A stretch of DNA of 64,000 bases from Blastocladiella emersonii ATCC 22665 (lineage: Eukaryota > Fungi > Blastocladiomycota). The stretch lies in the NCBI GenBank assembly GCA_025594325.1, contig JANHCV010000013.1, positions 496,001 to 560,000 of the forward strand, read 5' to 3'. Shown piece after piece: positions 1 to 11,049 of this stretch. Numbering within the stretch: position 1 is the first letter of the stretch; every line of letters starts with the position of its first letter. The position numbers and the translations under genes are program-made. The notes below the pieces were generated by a model that was not told where the DNA came from, made no database searches, and saw only the letters and a list, made by a program, of their open reading frames with translations.

Positions 1-417
1 CACTTTCGAAGAGTGAGGCAGATGCAGAGTCCAAGACGCCGACGTCCAGAAATGTGTCGCGTGGGAAAGCAGGAACAGCGTGGTGGGATCGCCGCGAGCT
101 GAGTCGTTCACCTTGGACCAAGTCGGCCGGCGGTGGGGCAAGCGACGGGAATGGCGTCCCAGTCGGTTGTTCATCGCGATGCATAGAGTCTTTCATCGTG
201 GTATGCTCCATGCTGGGGTGACACGGCGAGCGAGCGTGCGACTGAGACGCGATGTGCGTGACGCGAGACGGTCTCACAAGCGCGCGCCACAGGTCTCAGC
301 TGCTGCTGTCTCACATGCGCTCTCGCTCTCCTTCCCACGCTCGCTCACTCTGCCATGTAACGCCGCCACGATGAGCTCACACCATGCAACGCTTGCCTTA
401 TGTGCTCCTCGAGAGGA

Positions 418-1559
418 TGTGAGATCGTGCCATGCGACGTCCGCATCGTGCCCGCGCAGCACCGACCCCCACGACGTCGCCTGAGCTCGAGCCCGACTCC
501 GAGTCCTCGTTACCCGCGCTCCCATGCCCTCGCTTGTACGACCGATGTCTCGCCCCCTCTGGGCCCCGCTATTGCCCTTGAGGCCAGCAATAGATGTTGG
601 AGGGGAGTCTTTGAGCGTAGCACGTCCGAACCCTCAGTGGCGGACCGCTGCGGGTCGGCGATGCCTCGCCCTACGTCCTCCTCTTCTTCGCTGGCCGTTC
701 CTACTTGCTTGACGAGGTGGTTTTGGGTTTGACCAGCGCGATCGCTTCTCCAGTCCCAAGCATCCATATGGACGGATGTTAGGCCTGACCGCCGGCTAGA
801 GCAGCAACCTGAACCTGCGGCTGCGACGCTAAACCGATGCTCATGCCCAAGACTTTGATCGTGGGACGAATACCGCGCTTGAATGGTCGGTCAAGAGCAG
901 CCTCGAGCCGAGCTGCATCGAGCTGCTCGTTTGAGCATTGTGTAAGCCGGATGAGCGACCAACAGCGAGGTCGCTAGTTTGGCTAGTCAGCGGGTATCTG
1001 GCCGCTGCTCGTGCGTTCGCCGCTTCTTGCGCGCCGTAACCCCTCAAGAAGGAATCGCGTCACTCTGTAATCCATTTATCAAGCTTCTCGCCCAGTCCTG
1101 CTCCGCTCGTCACCGCGGAGCTCTGTCTCTCGTCGCCCTGCTCTACCATTCCGCTCTTTCAGCCATCCTCGCTCTCTCGCTCGTCCCGCTCTGGTCGCGC
1201 TGGCCGTGATCGTCATCACCCTGCGCTCCCCGCTTCATACCCTATTCTCGGTCTCTTCTGCACCGACGCCGCTGCCGTCGCTGAGTTCGCTCTTCCTCCC
1301 TTCTCGATCGTGGAAATCCCTCGAGTACTGTTCATATACCTGACCCTCGTTGTGCTGGACCTTCTGCCTCTTCGCCGCGTCGCGTCGGGTCGGTTCGCGG
1401 TCGTGATCCGGTCGAGGCCGCGGATCCATTCTCTAGTATCGTGCTGCTGTCACTATCGGGAGCCTCTGCCGCGGAAAATTACGTTCCGTGGCCGCACTGC
1501 ATCGTCTTCTCGTGGACGTGCTCGCGTTGCCGCGCTGATTGGACGAGGCCTCGCTCACA
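418..1559. mobile_element. LTR-like repeat, related to the solo LTR at 38440-39486
   Basis: 1077-1513 is a diverged reverse-complement copy of about 38500-38955 (shared blocks such as GTCGCCCTGCTCTACCATTCCGCT and CTGCGCTCCCCGCTTCATACCCTATTCTCGGTCTCTTCTGCAC). Candidate termini are TGTGAG (418) and CTCACA (1559), but there is no matching TSD, so the outer limits are uncertain. Confidence 0.5.
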
Positions 1560-1691
1560 TGTTGATCGCTCGCGCGGGTCGGAGACTCAACGATTGAAAT
1601 GTGGTGATCGCATCAACAGATGCCGCTTGAAAGGCAGTTTGTTAACACGATCACGAAATAAACAAAGATAGAGCTGAGAATGCATCGGATA

Positions 1692-3555
1692 CTAGAAACC
1701 GTCAAGACCAGGCTGGGCAAAGGGGTTGAATGGGCAGATTTGGCGATACTCCGCGTTCTTGTTCGTTGGGTCAAACGCGCGGAGCATAATGGATGAATCC
1801 GAGAAGCTGAAATCGATCGGAAGCATCGTGCCCATCTCGTACAACCTGGGCGTCATGTTGCACTTGTACTGGACCTTGGCCATGACCTTGCAGGTTTCAT
1901 CGACAAACCGCGGCACCTCAGGCGCACGGGAAGCGTAGAGCGTAAACTCGACCATGGTTTGGCTGGGACCCGATGGGTGCAAGAACTTGCGAAGCGGTGC
2001 GTTAAGCGGCAGCTCGTCGCCAATCTTGATGATGGGGAAGAAGACCCGGATCCGCTGACCGGCACCCGTCCCAGTCACGTACTTTTCGTGGCCAGGAATG
2101 CGGCCATGGACGCCGCGGCGGAACACGGTCGCTACTTCCAGACCATACGAGTGACGGGCACGCCGGCTTGACATGACCTCCGGGTTGAGGCCGTACAAGA
2201 GCGCCCCACGAACCACAGCGTCGGCAGCGTGTTCGTCAAAGTAGATGGCAAGCGAACGGTCAGGAAAATCCGCCTCGATGCGCTCCTGCATGTAAGGCAT
2301 GCAAGAAAAGCCGCCGACACACACCAAGTGCGTCACCGGCCTGCCGGCATCCCGACACTTGTTGATCATGTCGCGAGCAATCTTGGAAATGGCGGGGAAC
2401 ACCGTGTTGAAGCAGTCGATGACTGTCTGCCCAGTAAAGCGAAGTTCGCGGGTTTTGTGGTCGAGCGCCTTGCTGCGAACAAGCTCCATAAGCGTGGTTT
2501 TCGGGATCGCCGTCATGAGACGCGCGTCGAGAGGAATAATAATCGTGTCGTCGGCGTCGCCTGAGAATGCATGCTTGACCTTGACCCACTGCTGGTGCAG
2601 GTGGTCCGCGACAACCGGATACTTTGCCACGGTCTTGTCGTAAGCATCCTCGCCAACAAGCTTCCGCACAAACTGAACAAAGGCCTCGTCAAAGTAAGTG
2701 GAGCCCGTAGTATGACCGTCGGTCGACGTAATCTCGGACAGTTGAAGCTTATGCCAAGACGTCTCGCAGGCCTCGATCTCAAAAGCAGCAAGGTCGACAG
2801 TACCACCGCCCATGTCGAGAACGAGAGCGCGCGAGCCAGGTTTGAGATAGCCGCTCGTCAAGGCGACGTTGAACAAGGCGGCCTCGGGCTCGACACAAAA
2901 CTTGAGCTGAGGCGAATCGATCGAGGGAATCATTTCGGCCATGAAGGAAGCCTTGCGCATGGTCTGCTTGGCGGCTTCGGACCACCTTGCAGGGACCGTC
3001 ATGCACCACGTAAGCTTGGACCGGTTGACGCTGCCCCAGCCGGCCTGGGCGAGGTGCTGCTCGATATCATGGACAAGGAAGCTAAGAAAGTCGCCGATCA
3101 CGTCGACAGCCTGCAAGCCAAGGCGCTCCATGTTGGGGTCGTGATGCTTGCGGTCCTCGGCGAGAAGCAGCTTGACGCGCCGAATCAGCGTGTGCGTGGC
3201 ATCGTTGGTCGCAAGCATCGTCTTGAGCGCCTCGTTGCCTCGGGCAACCGGCGACTTGTCGTGGTCATAAAGGACCGCGGAAAGCGTTTTCGGATACGGC
3301 TCGTCGGCGCCGGGCCAAGAAGTCTTGACGGTCATGTTGGCGCCAATCTCCGAAAGCTGCCTGCGCTTGATTACGCCCTCAAGTCCGACGGTCGGCAGCG
3401 CCCAGCCCGAGTGCGAAGTGCCAAAGTCTGAAGATGAGGGGGTTCGTGTCAGCGACACGAACGAGTTGGCCGCTTGGCGGGCCAACCGCTCGCAGCGCGG
3501 TGCGGCGACGCGTACCGATCGCAATGGTAATCGAGCTTTCGAGATCCATGGTCAT
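1692..3555 (-). CDS. HSPA12-like atypical Hsp70 (actin-like ATPase fold), about 591 aa, 2 exons
   Basis: Exon 1 3555-3516 and exon 2 3427-1692, with intron 3515-3428 (GTACGC..CTGAC..CTTCAG). Splicing creates MTMDLESSITIAIDFGTSHSG. Also present: WCMTVPARW, CVEPEAA, VLDMGGGTVD, GSTYFDEAF, LVCVGGFS, AVVRGA, SRRARHSYG, all typical of the HSPA12 subfamily. Confidence 0.9.
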
Positions 3556-4236
3556 GATTGGTTTCTCGCCAGGGCGGCGGGCTTCGAACGGGGAGACGTG
3601 CTCGAGCAAATGATGCGCTGCGCCAGGCTCTTTAACGGGAGAGGGGGAGCAAGGACCAGACGCGTGCGGGCCGAGGCTGAGGACGCCGAAGGCTGAGCGG
3701 GCGAGCGCCTGCGGTGCCAATATAGCTTGTGTCCGAGTGCGGTGCGTGCACCAGACACTCTGCATGTCGCCTCGAGCGCTAGAGGAGCGCAAACGCGGTG
3801 TAAGGGCTCCAAGGCCTCGAATGCGGTGTAGAGAAAACCAGTGCGGTAGCTAGATCCGACATGGTGCACCGCGCGGTGCACGCACGGCTTCGCACCGCAC
3901 CAGCAAGTCCTCGAGCGTGCACGGAACCAAGCGGCTGTCATGTTGACCCTGCCCGTTTGCCGCCACTGAAGCGGACTTCGTGACGGGGCGGCCAAGTGAG
4001 ACGCGTCAATAAATCATGTGACGCGTACGGGGTGCCGAGGGCACTTGACAGTGCTACGAGCTGAGCCGCCCTTCCCACTTACGCGTCGATGCTCAAGCCT
4101 AGCGGCATAAGATCGGTTGAAAAAACGCGTTGGGATTTTGTTGGTGCTGTCGTTGGCTTGGTTCGAATGCATGGTCGTGAGACTCGCTCGCCGTGGCCCT
4201 GACAAGGACGAGAGCAAAACCTTGAGGAGCTCCGAG

Positions 4237-5230
4237 TGTCGCGGCTCAAGCCACGCCACCTCTGGCCAAACGCCCACCGCCGCCTCTCCTCACCGCCCAC
4301 GCCCAAAACGCGCGACGCGACGCGACGCGACACGCGCCGAAAAAACACGTGGCGGCTCAACACGGCGGCGGCGGCGACTTCACGCGCGAGAAAAAAAATT
4401 TAACCCTCGCCGGAAATTGCGTAACACGTCAAGTATGTGGATTTGCGAGTACACACACAGCTACAGTAAGAACTGTTGCGTGTACAACACGCAAAAGTTG
4501 TACTCCGCGCGATCACATCTGCTGGATGAGAGAGACATGGACAAGGACCTCGCGAGTAAAAGCGGGTATGAGGCTCAGTCTAGCCACACCCCGATCAACA
4601 GTACGGGCCAAGAAGCCCGAGTCGCAGGTGCAGGGCGCGAGCCAGCGGGCGTTTCCAGTTCGCTCGTGTGGTTTCATGTTCAGGGAGTGTATATTGAGTC
4701 CGAGAGCGCGCCGAGGATCTTGTGGGGCGCTAGTCCTGGCGAGCAACCACACTCGCGCGCGCCTGGGTACGCGCGGGGCGCGAGCGCACCATGGGAGCGA
4801 GTGCACGCGCGTCCGTGCCCACCGCGAGGGCACGGACGCCGGGCCCCACTGTGCCTACGGACGAGTTTTTGTGAGCGGAACAGCGGTGCTGATGGCAGCT
4901 GCGGGCCACGAGCTGACGCGAGCGGGCACCGCGCGCGCGAGGCCGCTTGGGGCTGCCTGACTCTGTGTCAGCACGGTCGACCGTGGCCGCCATCAAGCGC
5001 GGCCCGGTGGGCGGGGGACGTTGCACGATGCTTACATGGTGGGGGTTGAGTTCCTGCGTCACGATCTACGCTTGTGGGGAGCTGGCGAGCGACCCGGCGG
5101 CGTCGTTTGTTTGGTCAGAGCTGCCCACGTGTTTTTTCGGCGCGTGTCGCGACGCGCTTCGGGACGCGCGCGGGGCGGCGAAAAGGGCGGTGGGCGTTTG
5201 GCCAGAGGTGGCGTGGCTTGAGCCGCGACA
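4237..5230. mobile_element. Non-autonomous TIR element (MITE-like), 994 bp
   Basis: 45-bp perfect TIR (TGTCGCGGCTCAAGCC...; 4237-4281 vs 5186-5230) plus a second 27-bp inverted block (4326-4352 vs 5125-5151). Flanked by the direct repeat CTCCGAG (4230-4236, 5231-5237). No transposase motif seen inside. Confidence 0.8.
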
Positions 5231-6041
5231 CTCCGAGCGAACAGTCGTCCGTGCCCTTTTCGGCAATCAAGGACGCGTTGCGCCACTCACGTGACATGAA
5301 CCGCGCGCGTTTGATTTTTTTCATGAGCCGCTAGAACGTTTCCAGTTCGCCTTCATTTGAGGCGAAACCATTTCAACGTAGAAAGTTCAGGACTGGACGG
5401 CCGCGAATGGATGCATTGCGGCGAAAAACGGCGAGCGCATGTCAAACAACTTCTTTGCGCTGATCAGCGCCTCAGCGCGGACTTGGGCTGTTATTTTCTT
5501 CAGTCGTGGTTCAAGGGAGTCTACCGTTTGTGGGTAAGGGAGGAAGGGCACCACACGTCGCGGAACTGAGACGGCCCAAGGAAAGCACCTGAATTCTGGG
5601 GTTACTAGAAGCGGTTGAGAGTTGAGCAGCGCGACCGCGCAACTCAAGGCGTTATAAACCGCGTGATTCCATGCTGCGTGATGGTATGGTACGTTGGTGC
5701 GAGGAGCGCGAGACGACGAACACCAAGCGGGAGTGGGAAAAATGGCTTAGGGCGTCGGCACCTCAGGCGGCACCTTTACATGTGAAAGGATTGAGACAGC
5801 GTGAGACAGAGTGGAGGAGCCGCGCGCAAAGGACGAGCGAGCAAATAGCACCGCACGGTGTACTACACGTGCGCTCATTGACTCGACACCACGAAGCGGT
5901 GTTTACTGTCTGTATCACACCGCACTCAGGTCGAATGCGGTGTTGAGGTGAGCTCATTTCCGTATAAAGAGACGGCCGCCCCGCACGCCGTCGCCTCGCA
6001 CAACAGCTCTCTTCGCCTTATACACCTCCCAACACGCAAAG

Positions 6042-6760
6042 ATGCCTGATCAAGCAGTCTGTATCGGAGTGACCTATGAAGACAGTGTCTACGATCCCAT
6101 TCCGGGTACATATCTCAACGCATCTCAAGTGAACTGCTGGATGGAGGCTCACTCGATTCCCGCCTTTTAGGTTCCACGGCCGATGCCCAGATTTTCGCCG
6201 ACATTGCTGGTCGTATGGGTATCGACAACGTTCGCCCAGTCACCGGTGAGGTGACCCGCCAGGAGATTCTGGATGCGCTGACCGAGATGGTCGCTCAGGC
6301 GGAGCCAGGCGATAACCTCGTGTTTGCCTTCGCTGGTCACGGCGGTCAGGGTGCCGACCCCAACCATGCCGAAGGCGACGGCAAATTCGAGTGCATCTTC
6401 GGGTCCGACGCTCAGATCACCGACGCCGAGCTTCGTGCAATTCTCGCTGGGCTTCCCGAGGGCGCCAACATGACGCTGGCGATCCAGGCCTGCTACGCGG
6501 GTGGAATGGTCGAGTTCAACGATTTCGCGTCGGGCGATATCGCTGCAAACGTGGTTGCCATCTCGGCGTCGCAGCCCTACGAGGTTTCTTACCACACCGC
6601 GAGTCTCGCGCCGAGTTTCTTCCCGGCGGCGCTTGAGACGGTGCTTCAGGAGAATCCTGGCATTTCGTGGGTCGACGCTGTTCACCTCATCAACGAAATT
6701 GACGGCGTCCAGACCCCTTCCCTTTCTTACAATCGTCCCGAAGGTTCGTTCACACGCTAG
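6042..6760 (+). CDS. Metacaspase-like peptidase (clan CD, family C14), about 217 aa, no prodomain
   Basis: Exon 1 6042-6105, intron 6106-6170 (GTACAT..TTTTAG), exon 2 6171-6760. Motifs: AVCIGVTY, GSTADA, FAFAGHG (catalytic His), EGDGKFEC, IQACYAG (catalytic Cys), and a p10-like VVAISASQPYEVSY. Confidence 0.88.
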
Positions 6761-8645
6761 CTTTTTCTAAGAGAAACAAACAGTATTAACCCAACAAACT
6801 CTCGTTTTAGCTCCGTATGAGATGGCGTTCGCACCTATTAACTCCGAGGAACCGGCAAACTTTGAGGACCAGGAGTTCCTGGACTCGGTTCCGGACCTCG
6901 ATCATGTTCAGCCTGACGATTGCGTCGAGGATGAGATTCCGTTTGTGGCTGATGTCTGTGACGGAGACGCTGCATTCTGATCGAATACTCAACCTTTGCT
7001 TTTGTCGCACTGGCCCTGTCGTTGTCTCTCAGTACCAGCCGTGTTTGTCTTTGGATGATTGGCGCGTTTGGCAACCAAACTTGATTTGATCTTCTATGAA
7101 ACTTGGTTAAATCATGGGCGGCAGGATGCGGTTCTGTCGCGGCTGAGTGCCCGGCGTGTCATGTGCTGAGCATTCATTCATGCCTTCAAGTATCGTTTCC
7201 TTTCACTAGGGGTGTGTGCGTTGCACACCTTGTCTCAGCAGTAGGCAAGTAAGCTGGCCAAATAGTTGCCTGAATTAATCCCTTGTCATGCCCAACAATG
7301 ACAGGGTGAATGTCGAATATCCGGTGATTTAACGCGTTGATGGATGGATAGAGGCAACGCGATGACGCACGACGTGTTGATGTTCCGTGCCGCGATGATA
7401 CGTGCGTCGGCGAATGGTTTGAGACTTGGCGGGATATGGTCGGTCATGCTCGAGGGGTGTAGTTTTGCAAAGTTGAGCAGGCACTGGTCGCTGTCGTTCT
7501 GTCCGTTGCTCTTGATGATAAGCTGCCGCAGAAGAAGTGATCCAGTCGCGGAGGCCTTGCGGACGAGCACGATGCAATCGAGGTCGAAGAAGTTTGTCAG
7601 GTTGGAGTCGGTGGCCACGCGCGTGTTTCGCGGCGGCCATCGTGTTCTACGCGTCGCGCACCAAGTTCTGCGAATTCAGCTCGGGAGAAACTCAGCCTAC
7701 TGCTGAGAATTTGTGCGCTGGTTCAAGGCCGCGCGTGTTCAACGTCCTGCTGCTCGTCGGGACTGCTACCCGGACTATGTGGAGGCTCGCAATGATGCCG
7801 TGGACCTGTGGCTTTGAAACCAGCTGACATCACTCGCGCGAGTGCACATTCTCGGCGCGGCGCGTCTGCTCGCCGGGAGTGTCTCCACGGCCGCGATGAA
7901 AGTGAGCGGCGCGTTCACGAGCGATGCCGGAGGTTCTGGCGATGCGGACAGTCAGTGACGTCAGTCATGTCGGCACGTGTGTGGCGCTGCGCGTCTCGCA
8001 CCCGTGTCGCCTTCTCGAGGCGACGGGACGCAGCTTGCTCTTGATGTATCGGGGATTGGAAAAAAGGCCTTTCCGCATATCGTTGCCACATATGTTTATT
8101 ACACACGATGGGAATCTAAAAGGGAGAACCCCCGCCCAGGTTCATGAGCCCGAGTGGCGACGTGGGAAGCCATGGACCACATGCCCAACCCGATGGTCGA
8201 ACGAACCTAGAGCCTTCCGGTACAATCACCCACGACATGCATCAAGCCTAGGCCAAAGGCACACGCTGTCGCTCAATATCCTCCAACTGCTAGTAGTCAC
8301 AAGTTGGCAGTTGCTCGCCCAGCATCTAACTTGAATGCCGATCGTGCGGACGATGAAGGATGGATATGCTTGTGTGACCTCTTTACATTACTAGCGATTT
8401 CCTGGTGCAGCTTGATGTAACGAGGCTTTGTCTTTTGTAACGAATGTTATTCGCTGTGCGGCCGCCATCCTCCTCCGTCTCGGGAGAGTATCGTAACGGC
8501 GAGCAGATGTACTTTCAGCGCTAGTTTGCCGAGAATGATACCGCATGGACCACGAATCGACTCTGAGTCCCACAAGTCCACTCCCATAAATCAAACAAAC
8601 ACATGTAAACTATAGAATGACGAGCAACTGTGACTTCACGCAAAA

Positions 8646-10862
8646 TTAATTCGCGTGCGACGGTGCGAGGCGTGCAAGCTCCGCTCGCTGCTCGGGCGTT
8701 GAGCCAGCAATATCGGACAGCATCGTCACATCGGCAGAAACAAGGATCAAGTCGAGCGCGCCGTCTGGGAGACACTTCGTAAGAGCTGTCGGGACGGGCG
8801 CAAGGGCAGAGAAAAGCTCGGCGACTAGTCGCGTATCGTGGGCAGCAAGCGTCGTGACAAGGAAGGTGATTGAGGATTGCGATGCCGCGGTAGCAAGCTT
8901 CGGCGCGCAGCACTCGTTGGCTGCTTCATCGGCAACTGACTCGGCCACTTCGTCCTTGACATGGACGAAGTACGATGAGAGCACGCGCGGCGCGGAAGCG
9001 GAATCGGACGTCGATGGCACGAGCGCAAGCAGAGTACAGAACGCGTCGCGCCAGCCCTGCTGGTAGGAAGGAGGGCAATCGAGGCATAAATCATAACAGG
9101 AGATCCATTCCGCCAATTCGTGGTGCTGACCGGAGAGAAGCCCAACGATCATGATGCTGAGCAAGTGAGTTGCGGCGCCCGATTTGCGCACCGCCTCCAG
9201 GCCATCGTCCTTGCTCTCGGCGTATAGCAGGATGTTGGTAATGTGAATCGAGACGACATGAACGGCGGCAAGGGACGGCGAGAACGGGTCGTTTAAAGCG
9301 TCAGTAACAAGCGCGCGAGACATGATGTCAAGGAGCTCCACGGAATCGGCGGTCGCGCTGCAATTGAGGAGGGAAAGAATTGCTGCGCTCAGATTCAAAG
9401 GGCTTTGCGCGGCAAGCACGGCGGCCAAAGGACGCCTGAGGTCATTTGCCGAGGTCATGTAGGCGAGCCGGATTAAACACTGCATCAACTCTGGAGCTTG
9501 ATCCTCGATTCCAATGCAAGCGTGCCTGAACGCTAAAGGTGATTGATCGCGCGCGTTCAAACGGGTGAGCTGGGGGTAGCAAAAGAACGGCGCTGGAAAA
9601 TCTTAAACCGTACCATCAATGAGGAAACCGTCCCACCTTTTGGGATCGCACGCCGCACGCATGTTGTCTAGAGTTTGGTTCTCTCCAAAGTTAAGCGCGC
9701 ACGCAATCGCTAACGCCCAATCGGACGCGTCGAGTAGGCCGTGATCCATGAGTGGACAGAGCGCTGTAAACTTGTCAACATGTATATACAGCCGATCTCG
9801 AAGGCTCGCACGCACACGAGCAAGCCGCTCGGGAGTAGCCGAACCAATGAGCACGTCCGTGTACTTGACAACCAACTGCACAAGAACGAGGGGATCGCTG
9901 ATAGCGAGCAAGTTCATCATTGATAACTCGCTGGTCGAGTCTCCGTCCGTCCAACCGCGGGCGAGGAGCCAGTCCAAGATGGCAAAGGTAGACAGACGGT
10001 GATTGCGGTCCTTTTGCACGATTAACATGTCCACAACGGGATCAAGCGACAGAGATTTGACGACGCTGTCCTCGTCCGCGGCGTAGGGTGGATTCGTCAG
10101 CAGCTCAAGCGCGTCGAACTGCCACATCATGGCGGCGAGGGCGCATAAAAAATCAACGAGTCGTAGAGTTGGCGAACCTTGGCCACCTGCAAGTTTCAGG
10201 TTGCTCTCGATATTGAAGTAGTTTGGAGCAAACGTCCGAAACGAAAAGAGCTTGTTCCAGTCCGCGCAGTGAAGGCGAGTGTCAAGGAGCGCGGGACACT
10301 GCTCTCCAAGTGCCTCCAGGCAGAAATTGAGCAAAGAAAGCCGGCTGCTGGTGACTGCGCACCCGATGATGGTAAGGAGGGTCACGAGCGGCTCTCGAAA
10401 CGCAGAAAGATGCATCTCGTTGAAATTTCGCTCCTTGTAGCCATTAGATAATCTGCGCGCAAAGCTAACAAGACCGTTGGCAAACGCGTCTGGGTCGCGA
10501 ACTTGGAGCGGTCGCTGGTGCACGGAACGACCAAGAACCCATGCGGCAAGAATTCGGAGGGGCTCGGGATGAAGTGTGTGCTCCCGCTGGGAAAGCCACT
10601 CAATAGCAAGTCCGGTCACGGAGCGGAGAGGCATGGGAGGGTGATGGTAACCTTCACGGATCCGGAAATATTTGTACTTGTCGTGTTGCGCCAGAGCAGG
10701 GCGGTGGAGGTCGCGGAAGGCCCAAATCACGTTGACAGAAAACTCTCGCACGGCCGAGCACAAGGTACGCGACGCAGCGGGGACCGCGGACCGCGGCTTG
10801 GTCAACTGGAGGACGGCGACGGCAAGTTCGGCCGGAAGGTCGGAGAGGCATAAATTCAGCAT
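8646..10862 (-). CDS. Family A copy A1: F-box-like N-terminus + helical body + Cys-motif C-terminal exon, about 711 aa
   Basis: ORFs 9603-10862 and 8646-9560 are joined in frame by intron 9613-9533 (GTACGG..TTTAG), giving WDGFLID-A-FRHAC. N-terminus LCLSDLPAELAVAVLQL; C-terminal CLDCPPSYQQGWRDAF and NECCA. Confidence 0.8.
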
Positions 10863-11049
10863 GCTATTGGTTCATGAAGTGCGTTGCATGGAGTGTTTCA
10901 TGGAAGCGACGTGGATTCTCGCAAGGCAGGGGGAGAAGAAGGCGGGGAGGCGAGTTCGCCTTGACCAGTGCCGCCGACCGAAGCGTCCCTTGTTGAGCAG
11001 CTCACCACTCGGGCGGCTCTCGCTCCCCGCACTCTCACACCATACCATC

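Noticed and set aside
1692-3555. Canonical Hsp70/DnaK assignment
   Set aside because: It lacks the canonical substrate-binding domain and EEVD. The motifs fit the HSPA12-like group, so no gene symbol is given.
6807-7827. Protein-like fragments on both strands (6807-7010, 7286-7618, 7537-7827)
   Set aside because: No consistent exon chain or recognisable motif could be built.
8646-10862. Adjacent ORF pairs as operon-like two-gene units or stop-codon readthrough fusions
   Set aside because: A canonical phase-1 intron at the same position joins them in frame in every copy with both exons.
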